Shown: positions 1 to 15,200, counted from the stretch's first letter. The stretch is DNA of 64,000 nucleotides from Paragordius varius (GCA_964247055.1 OZ176055.1:5704001-5768000); one strand, 5' to 3'. Notes: generated from the sequence alone by a model not told the origin. Program-made: numbers and translations.

Positions 1-690
1 TTTTATAAATATATAGATTAAAGACGAAATTTTGTGAAAATGTTGCAAAACAAAAATGGAAGTGGTTTTCTATGAAACTTTTTTTCAAAACTAAATTTTA
101 TTTAGAGATTGTGGTTTAATTTATATTATTATTAGAATAGAAGCATAAATTTAAATTAAAACCGCCATTTTCAGTAGTTTTTTAATAATAACATTTTTTT
201 GGTCTGGGTTCACTAGTTACCCCCAATTTAATATTCCAGGTTGACGCTCTCTGGGTAATTTTCCGGCATATATGGGTGAGTCCAAGGTTAGATCTTTAAA
301 ATGAATATTGTTTCATCCATGAATGGCAAAGCCCTTGTGTTTGAATTGATTAGTAAATTTTTGAAAAACATATAAGACCAACTCAGATATATCAGTATTA
401 ACCCGAATAATGTCAAGCATGGACTTTAAAATCAGAGCGTCATTGAAAAATTTTTTGAAATTTTTTAGGTACATCTATAAATAATAACTATCTACATTTT
501 CCTATATGAATGCACTAACCATGCGTGTGTCACTATTCTAAAAACTTATTTCAAAAATAATCGTTTCGACTAAGTTGCAACGACGAGTAACAGGTAGATA
601 CTCATTTAAAAAATGTCAATGGCAACGATCAGAATTAAAAATAACAAAACCAAAAAAAAACAAAATAATTTCCCAGAATATTGTTTATCC

Positions 691-872
691 CAGGAGTGTC
701 CAACACAAATTTCTACCCGTGCTGCTTTGATATTTTTTTTATTAATTTTAAGCTGATTTTGGATGATATAGTTTCTGGATAATATAATTTTGATTGAGTC
801 CACAATTTTTTATGTTTAAACAATTTTTTAGAGCACCTTTGCACACCAAACAAAGCGTGTTGGACGTCCATG
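691..872. mobile_element. hAT-superfamily MITE (182 bp)
   Basis: Imperfect TIRs CAGGAGTGTCCAACAC / GTGTTGGACGTCCATG, flanked by a perfect 8-bp target-site duplication GTTTATCC (683-690 and 873-880). Confidence 0.85.
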
Positions 873-1480
873 GTTTATCCTATCTACCAAAAACTCAATT
901 TATAATGTGGCTCAAATTATTGTAAAAAAAATCAATGGAATAAACTAGTAATTTATTAAATTGGTAAAATTAATAATCCCAAATAAAATAAATTTTATCT
1001 AGATGTCGTTAAATACATTGCAAATCAACCGATTAATATAATTATATATTTGGCAAAGAATGTGTATATATATAGTACCGGAGACGTAAAAAGTGGACAA
1101 ATCATAATATTTTTGAATTGGAATGGATCATTGATATATAATGAGCTCATTGGTTTTAATAATAATTATAAAATTAATTAATTTCTTTTAGTAGCTTTTT
1201 TGTATATGTATGTGTGTGTGTGTGGATAAATGGTAAGCTTATAATATATTTCAAACAATGACATAATTAAGGTTAGTAATTCTTTGTCTGTATTAGGGTG
1301 TATATAATCTAAACATATTAAGATGGAAAAAATTGTGAAAAACAAGAATATAGGTAACTGGCTAAATTGAATACCCAAACGAATTTGGTAAAAAATAAAT
1401 TTAAAAAAGGCTACAAATTAATGTTTATATAGTTATACAATTAAAAAAATTGTGTTGATTAGTGAATGACACTAAACATT

Positions 1481-4400
1481 CTATTTTGTGGTGGTGTTAG
1501 TTAGCAGGCTACCAGAGTCGGCGGTGTGTTCACCAGCTATAAGGCCGGATTCAGGAATGGTTGCCGGAGTACCAGGAACAGCCCCAATTTTGCCCTGAAA
1601 TATGGAAAATAAAGTTAAAATTCAAATAGAAAAGGTCAAACTTAAAACAGTTAATCAGCATAAATTAAATTTTGATGTAGTTGATATCCCTGAGTATCAA
1701 AATTTAAAATCTTTTTAAAGGCGCATTCTAAAACCTTTTACCAAGTGTAGATATAAGTTTTTCCCGATTTCACTGGTAAAAAACATGTAACTTTAAAAGG
1801 AAAATAATTATTTATTTTATACAAAATTTCTACATCGGTTTCTACATTTCGCCCATCTCTCATGTAAAATATTAATGCCGTAAAAAATTGATTGACTTTT
1901 ACAGGAAACCATTAGTCAAGCTATCTAACCTCTTCAAAATCATGAATGGCTGCTCTGCAAGGATGTGCCCCATTAATGCAAAGTTGTAGCAAGACAGCAC
2001 AATTTTATGGTTTTACTCATTTTGCTGTGTACGGATCATTGTCATGGGGCAAAATCACGTTGCCATTTCTGGTTCATTCGGCTCTTTCGATAAATGCATG
2101 GTGTAAATTAGATGTTTGTTGGCGATGGAGTTGTGTATAACAGTTTCACTGGGCTTCAAAAGTTTATAATAGATAATACGGTCTGGTCCCACCAGACACA
2201 TATCATGTTCTCTTGCCGAAGCGATTTGGCCTTGGTGTGAATGGACAAGCTTGGCAGGGTGAAACTCACGATTTTTTTCGCTTTGATTTTAAAAAATAAA
2301 TCTACTTTTTAGCTCTTCCAATTCAATGCAAAACGATTTCCTTTCATTATGTTAAATCAGGATTTCAAGTCACTTTGCGATTCTCAATTTGACGTTCATT
2401 CTAATTGTATTGCCCATTTACCAAGTTTATTAGTCCTTCCCATTGCTCGTAGAGGTCTAATGATTTTTTTTCATGTGTGCTTCTGCCAATTACCGTTTAG
2501 TTTGAGCTGGGTTATCATCTAATAATTCTTGCACTTTAGCTTTTTCACAGTTGGATGATCTACCAGAGCGCCTACACTCTTTTACATCTTATCAGAACTT
2601 TAAATATTTCAAAACCACGTTTCACATGTGTTAATCGATATAGCATGGTCACCATATGTTTCTGTCAGTAACGATAACTTTTAACAGCTTTTTCCTTCTA
2701 ATGTCAATGCGTGCCACAAACATTCTTTTTTAGTCGCCAAATTCGATGTGACTGGATAAAATAAATACGCTAGTTTTTGGCGAATCCTTGTGTGTGTTTG
2801 TCGTTTAATGTAAGATGAAAAAAATGGAGTCTATGATAAGTTAATCGTCTGCGTATTTTTCGCTGACGTCTTCTCTTTAACTTATATCTACACTTGGTTA
2901 GCGCATTACCGGGATGTTACCCAAAAAACTAACCTATTATAAAAAATTATGGTAAAAACATTACCTTAACCGAACAATAGGCATCACCAACGGTATCTTC
3001 AAATGACTTGTAGACTTTAGAATTCCTAAAATAGGACGTTTTTTATTACATAACATTTAATTATAAAAGGTAAAAGAAAAAACAGCATAAAAATACTTTA
3101 TGTCTGTAAATTTGCTCTTAACAGAGCTAAGAAGTGGATTCAAGGTTTCATTTATAGTTTCTCCGGCTTTCTTGACCGTTTCGCTCGTTTTTTGGAACCT
3201 TTAAAAATATTATATTAAATCATAATTTAGTTCACAGACAAATATGATTTATTAGGTTATTGCATATATAACACATTAAACGAAAATCAGGCATGCACGC
3301 AGACATGAAATATATATTCTTCCATTTTCATGCTCACAATCAAAATATTATAATATAAAAAAATATTAATTAGGCCTTGCGAAATGGTGGATAAAATTGT
3401 GCAATAATAATACAGCGCTTGCGATATTTTACCGCATATTAATGAAATGGCAAAATTGTTATAATAATGATAATATAGATAGGAAATAATTGCGTTTTGT
3501 GATTAGCCTTTATAACACTAAAATTTTACAATTCACCAAATCAAACTTTGCATTTTTTATGCGCAAATTATAAATATAAAAAGTTATTAGAAAAAATGTT
3601 ATGTTGGCCTTATTATTTAGATTGGTTAGTATATTAATTAACAATAAAAAATGGCTTACAAAGGATTTTCGGACAAAGTTTCTTGTAAATCGTGGACAAC
3701 CTCGCTCGACTTTTTATAACTGTAAGATTGATATTAATTGTATGATTATATAAATTGAATATAAAACCTATTTTATAATGGCAGATTAGAAACATATTAT
3801 AGTTTTTAGAAATTAAATTGAAAGGAAACAAGGTTTACGACGATCCTATTAACTATTTTCTTTTAAAACTTAAAAGTTAAGTTGAGTTTATTATATAATA
3901 AACAATAGTAAAATTTATGGTTTTATATGTGCACCTATTTTAAGTATAAAATAACCCTAAAAACCGGGTGAATGTTTCAATCAATCAAATATTACAATTA
4001 TAATAAATTTATTTTTTGTTTAGAAAAGCCTCTATCATAGCTTTTTAATATATGTACTACATAAATAGACGATACTTAAATAAATTGGCCTTGGAACTCG
4101 TGAAGTGCGTTTTATTTTTAATAATTATCTTTAAATCATCAAACATTAGGTATAAAGGGGTGAGATGTGTTTTAAACGAAAAAAGTATTTTATTGCGGCT
4201 AATAAGACTTTATCGAATTTTAAAACGATTTTTGCGGTAACTAGGGAAAAATATGTCAAAAGTCACATTTATATCTGAAGATTCATAAAGAAAAAAACAG
4301 AAAATTGCAGGCAAGAATACAAATAATTAGTGAAACACATAAGCAACAATCTCCAAATATATATAAAAATCCCATACACCGTATTGTCAGTTAAACCATG

Positions 4401-7400
4401 GATAGTTTCGCTCGTTCTTCGATAACTAAATTAGGGTTAAAAAATTGTAATAATCGCCCATAAAATAACCCCAGAACGAAAAATAAGGTTTTAAAATTAA
4501 AATGTAAATATAATTTTTGCCTAGATAATCTAGTTAAAAATATTTAATACTAATTTAAAACCCAGTAAATTATAAAGGATTAAATATTTTTATAAATAAT
4601 ATATAATAAATGTTAATTTAACATATGATTTCTGAACCATCATATAATTTAAAAGCCCTATAATATAAATTTTAAAGTAACCCCATGACCCTTTTGTCAA
4701 CATATATTAATAATGCGATAAAAATATCGTATGAAACTCTATAGTATCATTTAACCAATGTAAAAATATAGCCAAAATAGTCATAAATTTAAATATTTAA
4801 TTTTCAGCTTAAATTTCGTGTAATAATTAATCTAAAATGTTTATGCTATTGACCTTAAAGCTATAGAATTAAGATGCCAGCAGCTAAATTAAGCTATCTT
4901 GTTACAAACCCAATACACCTCTTTTTGGTAATAAGTAATTACTGGAATTATACAGATAACGCTTAAAAACTAAAGGACGCTTATTTTAGTAAAAAGACAA
5001 CCATAATATTAAACTTAAATTTTTGTAAATACGAATCCTATTGGGTTACAACATGAATAATTAAATGTAAATTGGTAACAGACTCAAATTAAATATTTCA
5101 AAATAACTTTTATAATGTAGAAAAATAAAGATTGCAAAAGTATGGCTGTATACAAAAATATATGTCTTTTAGCTTTTATGTTTGATTTTATAAAAAAAAT
5201 ATATTTGTATGGTTTTACGCAGTGCTTTCTTTCAAATTTTTGATGCCTTGATTTATGTCATCCTTGATTTCCTGAATGGGAGATATCCCGAGTTTAGCCT
5301 TAATTTCCTCCAAATGTCTAAGTTTGCTGTTTAACACAGAACGTAAAGCTTGGATATCTTCTTCAGTCTAACAATATCAATAAATTTACAGTAAAAAATG
5401 AAATTTTACAGGCAACAGGTGTAAAAAACAACCATACTAGTTTGGCATCTTGATGTTTCTTACATCTCTTTTTTTTATTTTGCAACGCAGCACGACGAAT
5501 TTATGAAAAAAGGGTAAGAAAGTATGATTTTTTAAATAAAATATTTGACTTATTTCTTTTGTCTTTATAATTTTTTTTATTTTTATTGAAATATCCTACT
5601 ATATTTGCAAGTTTTATTAACGATAAAAATTGGTAAAAAGTTTTTACCCAAAACAAATCATGAAAATATCGTTTTTCTATAACTCATAAAAATACTTGCT
5701 AAATTTTATGAGGTAATTTTTTTTATTTTGGATTCAGCAGTTTAATTATCAATTTTTGATAGCCTATTAATGTTTTTAATAAATTCAAAAACAATTTTGA
5801 ATGATTAAGGTAGGTCCAAAATTATGGTTTCAGTTCAACTTCAATTGTTTTCTCATCTATTGGTTCTGATTTTAATTTTTTAAAAATTAAAATATAAACA
5901 GATTTTAAACGATAAAATTTTGATATATAATGATATCCAATTCCATAAAATCTAAAAAAATCTAATACAAGATTTAGATTGTGTTAAAATTAATTTAAAA
6001 TCATTTTTTTGTAGCAAAGTTTTAAAAAGGTTAATGAATCTGGTTAAAAACAAACGGTTTTAGTTATAATCCTTGTTCAGCTCACATTGAAATAATTATC
6101 AACATAATAAGGAATGATGTTTAAGCAAGATGGACTTATTATTTTTCTTCATAGTCAAACTATTTTCTACATTTAATTATATTTATTTTAGTTACAAAGC
6201 TAATTAATTTTATAATAATCAATCAAAATGGTGTTTTTTGAACATATGTAATAATATGATTTTTTTAATTTAAAAAACATCACCAGCAGGTTAGCTTAAA
6301 AGAATCAAGAAACTGTTAAAAAACATAAACCATGAGGTAATAAATATATGTTTTATAATAAACACGAATTCGCTAAAAAATCCAAAATCGATAAAAATAT
6401 AGGCAAGAAGAAAATGAGAACTGTGGAAATGTTTAACATATATATATGGTGCAAGTTAAGTAAAGACAAATTATGTTATAATTTAAGTTTAATTTAACAA
6501 AAAATGCATCATTTTTTTAAGAAGGATTACGTAAAATGTAAACGGTTTGCAGAATGGCCTTATATCTAGATATATTTTTTAGAAGAAATCTATGTTATTT
6601 ATAAAATTTTATAATTTTTTTAAAGCTAATATTAATTAGAGATAAATTATCTGGCAAAAAAAGAAAATTAACCAGGTCTAAAAACTTCGTGAAAGAATAC
6701 AATAGAGTAATTTGTTCATTTATTGACTAAGAATTTAAAACATATAAAATATAAATAAAAATCAATTAATTATTAAAAAAATACGATTAGTAATAAAAAA
6801 GATACTTTAATCAAATCTTGTTGTAATTCTTTGCGCAAGCCCTCATCCATAACAACCGTAGAAGCCGGGTGAGCGTTTTGAGACAAAGTTGGCGACGTTA
6901 CAACATTTGTTGGGTGAGTTGTATGCATAGAGGTCGTATGTGTCGATACAGAATGTATTGTGGAACCTTTAAGCATATTCATTATTTACAAGTTATAACT
7001 AAAATTATAGGCAAAAATATTTATTTTTTGCTAGATTTTTCTTTCTCCTTTACTTGTTTCATATTTTTAATATAAATTTCGTTTTTAAGATAGATACACG
7101 TAATTTGGCAAAATTCTCATATTTGCATCACAGGAGAAAAGGTAATACAAAAATAATTACCAATAATCCAATAAATTACATATAATTTGCATATAAATTA
7201 TTATTTTATACAAATAAAATATAAGTATAATAAAAAATGTTTGCAATATATAAATATTAAATAAGGAGAGAAATAATGCTTTTAAATAATAAATAAATAT
7301 ATATTATTTAATTTACTGAAACAATTTGTATTAAAAAACAAAATACCTTCATGAGTAGTGGTCAAAGTTGCTGGAGTTTTCTTATTATTAGCTCCTGACA

Positions 7401-7401
7401 T
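1481..7401 (-). CDS. TPD52: Tumor protein D52 family coiled-coil protein, 213 aa, 6 exons (7347-7401, 6806-6966, 5219-5367, 3097-3198, 2965-3025, 1481-1594)
   Basis: All introns GT-AG with consistent phases. Translation includes ELQQDLIKTEEDIQALRSVLNSKLRHLEEIKAKLGISPIQEIK...FQKTSETVKKAG...KNSKVYKSFEDTV, matching the D52 coiled-coil and D2/D3 motifs (human TPD52 EEEIQTLSQVLAAKEKHLAEIKRKLGI...YKKTSETL...KNSPTFKSFEEKV). Family-level call, not orthology to one vertebrate paralogue. Confidence 0.9.
1740..2898 (-). mobile_element. Decayed mariner element in the last TPD52 intron
   Basis: TIRs ACCAAGTGTAGATATAAGTT (1740-1759) and AACTTATATCTACACTTGGT (2879-2898). Minus-strand fragments read MICVWWDQ, YYKLLKPSETV and VILPHDNDP, which are mariner D,D34D transposase motifs, broken by stops and frameshifts. 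Confidence 0.85.
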
Positions 7402-7559
7402 GTTTTAATAATCAATGTGTTTCTGACTGGTTAAATCAATTTAAATCAGATGCGTCGATGAAACAAATAAATTGGCAACCGTGATGCAAAAATAAATTTT
7501 GAAAAACATTATAAATTGGGTAAGTAACTCCAGGTAAACTATAGAAATGTAAGACAAAT

Positions 7560-10500
7560 TTATTTATATTTTAATTCACAATGCATCAAATCCGCAACGG
7601 ATATTATTAGGAGTCCAAAAAAATATCTTGGGGTAGTTTCATATCCCGGAGCTAAATATAAAACCGTTTTGATACTTATTTTAGATAAATTTACTTATAC
7701 ATTGTTCTCCTATATTATTTTAACACTTGGATATAACACTTTCAGTCCTTCGATTCAAATTGGGGTAATACCCCAGGCCTGTTTTAAATAATTCAAAAAA
7801 TAAGAACCATGGGAAAATTTTGCACATTTATAACATTATTAACCGAAATATATAAAAAATTTCATTCAAAAATACTTGAAATTACTTATTTTTATCTAAA
7901 ACCTCAAAGTAAAAATTTAGTCAACATGACATGTAGCTAAAAATAATAAAATAATCCAATATTTATTTTTCTATCAATGTTATATGTAAATTAAGTGAAT
8001 AAGTAGCTTATATTTTAGCTTTAAAATTAAACAAACACATAATTTTGCAAAATCTAATGGCGTCGAAGTAGTTTGATCTGGAACTTTTTTTTCAAAACCA
8101 AATTTTATTTAGATATTTTGGCTTATTTATATAATTTTGATTTGGATAGCATATATTTAATTTGGGACCATTTCTTTCGGTAGTTTTTTTTATAAAATAC
8201 AAACTTAAATATAGTCTGGGTAATCAGAAACCCCAAATATAAATCAAAGTGTTAAAAATCTTATATTTTTAATTGTGACTTCCAGAGTTAAAATTGGGAC
8301 AGTTGCAAAGCATGATTAAACAGCTTATTTTAAAATTAATAAATATCAACTTTTTGCAGGTAAATTGAAACTTGGAAGCAGACAAAAGTTAATTATTTAC
8401 CTTATCCAAACAATATTTTTGTATTGTATAAGAGTTTAAAAAAAATAATAAAAAATGGCGATGAAAATAAGATGATTATTTTTTTACATTTTTGCATATA
8501 TTTAATTTTTTTACCGCCAAAACCTCAAATATTTTTCTAGATATTTAATTCAATCACTTTGCGATATATCATAAAACTACCCCCAAAAAATCATGATTTA
8601 ATTTTGTTTTCGGCCTATTTATAGAAAATATAAGGACTTTTTAAGAATAATCTAAAAATCGCAAATTAAGAGCATATCAAGGAAACATTTGGTGGAATCG
8701 GAATCACAACGTTTATTTTCAAAAATTAATATAAAAAACAAATACTTAAAACTTTATTGCCTTTTATTTTCTGGCGAATATTTTTTAATGCTATTTTATT
8801 TTAACAACATTTTTGGAAAATATCGTGCTTTTTTAACGCTATAAAGTTATTTTTAATATAATCATATCTAACACTAACATTAACATAAAAGTGGTTCTTT
8901 TGCATTTATTGTATATACACATGTCGTTGGCTAAATTTTTACCTCTTGGTTAAAAATAAAAAATATCAAATTTTTTAAAATGTCTTTTTTTCAATTCCGC
9001 TTATGTCATATAAGTGTAACCCTTTTTTATTAAATTTTTCCATGTAAAATATTACATTTTACATAGGCCGGTCACTAGCTACCTTAATTAGAATCGACAA
9101 ACAGAAATGAATGCATCCAAGTGTTAATTTTGTACTTTACAAGTGGATGATAAAAATTAAATTATCAAACATTGTTTTCCTGTATTAGATATAAATAGTC
9201 AATTTACAGTTTTTTTTCAACAGTTGAATCAAAAACCTGATACAAACAAATTTAATAATAAAAAATTTGCTGCCAAATCTAATTTCAAAGCTTTTTAAAC
9301 TATATTGTTTACCTTTTAACTATAATATACATTTTATTGTCTGTAATATTAATGATTGAAATTATAGAAAAAAATGGTGGCGAAAAAGTTTGATATGAAG
9401 ATTTTTAATTTTTTTTAACTGAATTTATCTTTGGATTTCATTCAATATCTTTACTTTTTAAGATATTTGGATATAAAATATCACTGAGGAAAAACACTAC
9501 TCTAAAAGATAATGAGGGTTAACATTCATGACCTTTTGAAAAATTTTGGGCCGAAGACCATTTAAAAATTAAATTTAAAAAATATTTTTATCATTGGGCG
9601 AATTTTTAAATAGGCCTTTTAGGCGCATGATACAAAAATTATCTCAAAAACTATAATAAAAAAGCTTTAATCCTTTTTGCCGCCATTTATTTTCTCTATT
9701 TTTTTTTAAATCGTTAATACAATAGGCAAATATAGTTAAAAAATACAAACAATTATTGAGCTTTCAAGTTACAATTTAGAGTAAATTTTTGATATTTAAT
9801 GATTTTAATATTAGCTAATTGCTTTCATCATGTTTTGGAGTTGTTTGTATTCGGGACTCTAGAAGTTAAAAAACGTAAAAATTCTATTTATTTAAACAGG
9901 AGAAGGTATCTTGATAATTGAATTATAACCAGTCCCAGGGCCATTTAATTACACTAGACAACAAATTTTTCTGCCACTCGAGTTTTTTGCATTTTTTGAT
10001 ATTTAATATCATTTTATCAGTAAATCTGAAATAAAAATTATAACTCGTTAAAAGAATTTTGTATAATTTGATTTTTTTGATTATGCGCCCTCTTTATCAA
10101 AATTTTGCTAAAAAATGTTTTTCTTTGACAATATACAAGTAATGCCCATTCATAATATATCATTCGAAAGAGTATTAAAAACTCTATAAAATGTATACTA
10201 ATATGTATTACATCGACAATTAATATTGGACACAAAGAGCGACAAACGCGCGAAGCGAGAGCATTTTTTTTAATTATTATATTTTTAAAACTAATGGATG
10301 AAAATAGCTCAAACTTTGTTTAGATGGAGAAGAATGTCCAAAAAAGATAACACAAGAAAGTTTTTTTTGATTAAAACATTTTTTTATTGCTTTTACTCAA
10401 AACAGTTATTTTTAAGTTTTTTGTTTTTTAAAAATTACCATCTCATCAATATTAATTTATTTTCTTTACAAGGCTGATAATTTCAAAAATTTAAAGATAA

Positions 10501-11300
10501 AAACAAAGTTTAAGATATTTTTGATCTTTTATAGCCATTATGTAATAAATTTACAGTTATAACTATGCATTTTAGTATCCACTAGGTAATATATTTATGA
10601 TAATAATGATTTTTATTAAAAAAAGCAAACCAAAAGCTTTTCCAAACATTTTTTTAAATTAAATACTAATATAACCCTAATAATTATATTTAAATTATTT
10701 ATATGATTTTCAAATTAGTTAGTCTGTGAAAATTCTTGACTTATTTAAGGATTGAAAATTTTGACCATTTAAATCCAAATAACCTTTACATCCGATGGAT
10801 TTAAATGACTTACTACCATTTAAAAGATGCAGTTTTTTGCGCTCTTTCGAATGATATAAAATACACGGCTTCATATCTAAAACTTTTAATTTTCGAAATT
10901 TCGAGTTTAATGTTAAATCGGGGCCAAAAATTATCGATAAACTCTAATATAAAAAAATTCTTCCATGTAAGACCAATTTTCTTTTCAGATATACTAATTA
11001 TGTACTTTAATGAAATAAATTTTAAATTTACAAGAATGGCAGTTAAAAAAAGTTAAAATTTGTTGTCTAGTGTTATATACCTTAAATTTTTAGCATCGAA
11101 AAAATATTTCTTTCGCTTTTTAGGCGTTTTTTATATTTAAAAAATGAAAATTTTAAAAATATTATGATATTTATTGATTTTAATATCAGCTCTTCGTTTC
11201 ATTGTGTTTTGGAGCTATTTGACTGCGGGACTCGTTAAATGAAAAACTGTTAAAGTTATAAGTTTTATTATCTAATACAGGAGAAGAGGGTTTGATAATT
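7560..11300. repeat. Mosaic of fragments of a dispersed AT-rich repeat (family A) between the divergent TPD52 and ENPP genes
   Basis: Recurrent motifs AAAAAATGGCGGnAAAAAGTTTGA, GGGATATAAAACTACnCCAAAA and TTTTAATATnAGCT, in both orientations: about 7560-7800 (-), 7990-8600 (+), 9150-9420 (+), 9600-9860 (-), 11090-11300 (-). The same motifs occur at 20590-20879, 23035-23265 and 28800-29360. Boundaries are approximate. Confidence 0.6.
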
Positions 11301-12211
11301 TAATTTTTTTAGAAAACTAAAATTTAAAAAACAACAACCTTTTTAAATTTTAATGTTCTGGGATTTAATTTATCCCAACGGTATTCTTATACAAAGGTAT
11401 CATGAAAAGTTGCACGCACAACAAATGAAATATATATATATATATATATATAAATGTATATATGTACGTATATATAAATTAACCAATCAATCGCTTTCAA
11501 TAATTTTTCAAAAAATGTTAATAACTAAATCTCATTATTTATTTTTTTTACCTGATAAACGTATTTTTAAATTATTTTGACAGGTTTTTATGAGGGGTTT
11601 CAGAAGCCGTACTCCCCGAAAAAACGAAAAAATTTAAAGAGCCTCAAAAAAAATATCTTTTTTCAGGGGCCTTACACCATATAATACCAATCAAAATTTC
11701 ATAGCACAATAAAAATTCAGGGCCATAAACAAGCACTTTTAGGGCCGCGGTTTGAGTACCGCTGGCTTTCAGTCTTGCCATCATAACTACTAGCCAGATC
11801 TCTATATATTTTATCGCATATTTTTGCTGCATTAAGATTTGCTGATTTATATTTTAATCATAATTTAAAAGAAATTTATTTAACATTTAATTTTTTATAG
11901 TGTAGTGTAATATAATTTTCGCTTTGGGGTGTGTGTTTAACATCAAAATAGTTTACAAACCAATTATAATTAAATAACAATAGGGCACAATTCAGTACAG
12001 CGGTTAATATTGATTTTATTGAGTTCAATATTGTTGTTTTTTGTTAATATGATATGGAAACTAAGGAATATATATGTATATATGCAAGTTTATAATATGG
12101 GTTAAATACAACATTAAATACAAACTACTATTTATTTATTTTTGTTTATTATTATATTTTTTATATTCATTTTTTTTGTTTGCAGTTACACAATTTACAT
12201 GATATGTTATT

Positions 12212-15200
12212 ATGGATCTCAATTGGCTTAACATTAAATTCATAATTCCTATATTTGGCTGCTGGATATTTTTGTGTAAATTTAATTTTATTCAAAGTAT
12301 CGGACCGCCTGTTTCTTCCCATTGTCAGAAATTAGGGTATCATTTTTTGTATATAACGTTTATTTTAAGCTTTAATTTTGTTATTATATTAAAGATTTCA
12401 ATCGATTAAATTTTATACTATTAATTTAATATTTTATTTTTCTGCATTGTCCAAATCATATGTTTTACCAGTTTGCCCTTTATTTTAAAATATGCTGCGT
12501 AGTTTAGTTTAGGACAAATAATTTTCATAATATAAGAGCTCATGTGTTAAATAACTTTTATGTCTTATAGGCTCACTTAATCTGTATTTATCCAAAGCAT
12601 TAAAATTTTTTTATTGGTAATTACTTAAAAATCCAGGTTAATCGTTTTAAAAATATTAATTAAAATTAAAATATTTTTATATCATTAACATATGTTAAAA
12701 TTAGCAGGTCACGGACGTTAATTAATTTTTTAGCTAAAACCATATTATTGCAAAAAGCATTGATAAAGCGGTGTTAGAATTATCTTGCATAATTAAGTTT
12801 ATATGGATAAAGTATCATAAGAAGTGTGATCAATAATCTTTAGATAAAATATGATATTATAATTCAATTATATTTCAAATATTTATCTAAAATTTTTTAA
12901 AAAGTGTTAAATTACAAAAATACAATATACTTTTTAAAAATCCAAGACGAATTTTAGCACATGGGTCTCCATATTAACCAGTTCATTTAATTGAAATGAA
13001 AATGTGTTTAAACATATATTTTTCACTTAAAAATCCAAAAATTTGTATAAGCTTACATTACAAATGTCCTTATATTTTATTCGTATGTAAAAAATAAAAT
13101 TTATTGACAACCATATTTGAATCATAGGAGCCGTTATGATTAATTAACAATAATTAAAATGTTAATTTTAATAATGCACGCATGTTTTGAATACCATATC
13201 ACTCTTACACCCTTTATAATATTAAGTTAGTGGTTACTTATTTTGATTAACTAAATTGACTTTTGTTTTAACACATTTATTCAGATATGATAAAGTGCCC
13301 TTGTTACTAATAAATATGGATGGGTTCAGCCCCAAGTATTTTGAATACCCTGAATCTAAAAACTTGACGCTGCTGGCTAGTAAAGGAGTTATGGCCCCAT
13401 ACATGAGACCCGTATATCCTACCAAAACGTTTCCCAATCTATATTCCATGGTTACGGTATATATATTTGATAAAAACATTAGAAGAACTATCTTTATTTA
13501 ATCGTTTGGTTATATTCTCTTTGAATGAAAAATTTTAGAGTTATAACCATTTTTTCCATAATATTTCCAACATATTAATTTTTATGACCCCATCCCGATT
13601 GTCTAAATACTTTTTAACTTTTAAAATTATGTTAATAGTCCTCTTTTATATTATGATAATTGCGTTTAATGTAGCGGAAAGTGTTTCAAGCTGTAAAATT
13701 TTTAGTCCACAAATGGCATTAATTGCAAAAAAAATTTTGTGAAAAAAACTAGCCGCAAGAAATTGACAAACAATATTTTATGGTGAATACTGTATTCTAA
13801 ACATTATAATGTAAAACGCATAAAAATTAGTTTTCAGCTGTCAGATATTTAAGAATTTTCATCCAAAAAAAATTATGAAACAAAATGGCTATATGTGAAT
13901 CGCATACGTAATTAATGTGTTTGAACTATATTTCGATATAAAAGAAGAATTGTCTAAATGCAATTGGATTTTTGAGATAAAATTTATAGTATTTCATAAA
14001 TTTAGTTGAATTTGTTTTTGGACATTTATATAAAAAATCCTAAAATAAGAAAACGCTCAAGTAACCCTAGATACAGTATGAGTGAGTATATACATTGCTA
14101 CTTTTTCATTAATTATTGCCAAATAGCATATGCAGCAAAGGGCAGTATAATTGGCATATAGTTATTTTTTTCACTTTTTACAATTTATTTGGCAAGAATT
14201 AATGAAAAACTAACAATTTATACTTAATCATACTGTAAATTGATTTTGATTAAACCAATTTGTACATTTTTATAGGGATTATATCCTGACAAACATGGCA
14301 TAGTAGATAATCATTTTAAGGATCCAGAAACAGGCACCGAATTTTACCACTCCAAAATTGAAACTCAAAATATCAAATGGGGAGGTGAACCAGTAAGTAC
14401 CTCTGCTTATTTATTTTTCATTTTGATAACTGTTTCATGGGAAATATTTTTTTATACTTTTTTGTTAAAAAGATTGTGTTAATTTTACCATGAACTTAGC
14501 CTGTATAATACTACAAAATTATTATCTAGAATCCATTCTCAAATAATTTTTTTGTTAAAATTTGTTAAGATTTGGGTGACGGCCAAAAAGAATGGGATAA
14601 GGATTATGGTTCGACATTGGCCAGGCTCACAAATTGTTTTTAATGGTAAAAAAATAATATATTTTAATCAAACTATTATTACCGATGTTTAATTTCTTTT
14701 TTTTCTTTCTTTCATAGGAATTGCACCAGATCCATTGTCCAAACCTGGAAGGTAAATTATATTTCAATAACATTTTTCATCAAATATATTTTGATATAAT
14801 AACATTTTTTATACTTTTTATGACCAAAAATAACTTTTTTCCCCGATTTATACCAAATAAATCAAAATTGATTAAGTATTTATAATATATAAACCAAAAA
14901 TTGTTTAATAAATTGTTTTTATAGTTAATTTCCATTCTTGATATTGTTAATTATTATTGTTACGTCCTAACACAGAACCACCAATTTAAACAATGCAAGA
15001 CTTGCTTTTGACATGTTAAAAGATGGGCGAAATTCTCCCGGTTTTATGACCCTCTATTTCAATGAACCCGATCATGCAGCCCATAAATTTGGACCTGGCT
15101 CAGCTCAAGTATAAATTATATTTGAAGACTTCTACTAAAAATTAACCAATTCTAATTTAAATTTAGTATTTATAATTAATTATTCAACTTTCAATATTTT

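Noticed and set aside
190-475. Minus-strand reading MYLKNFKK...FAIHG*NNIHF...ILNWG with one internal TGA, suggesting a Trp/Sec-recoded gene
   Set aside because: No recognisable protein family. The DNA resembles the Helitron internal repeat, and every real gene here uses TGG for Trp. No evidence for recoding.
5491-5513. Plus-strand 23-nt segment with a good acceptor and GTAAG donor, antisense to TPD52
   Set aside because: No partner exons found on that strand; such matches are expected by chance in AT-rich introns.
12337-13284. Donors resembling the U12 consensus (GTATCATTT in ENPP intron 1; GTATCTTTT in TPD52 intron 2)
   Set aside because: Neither matches GTATCCTT and no convincing CCTTAAC branch site lies near the acceptors; treated as ordinary U2 introns.
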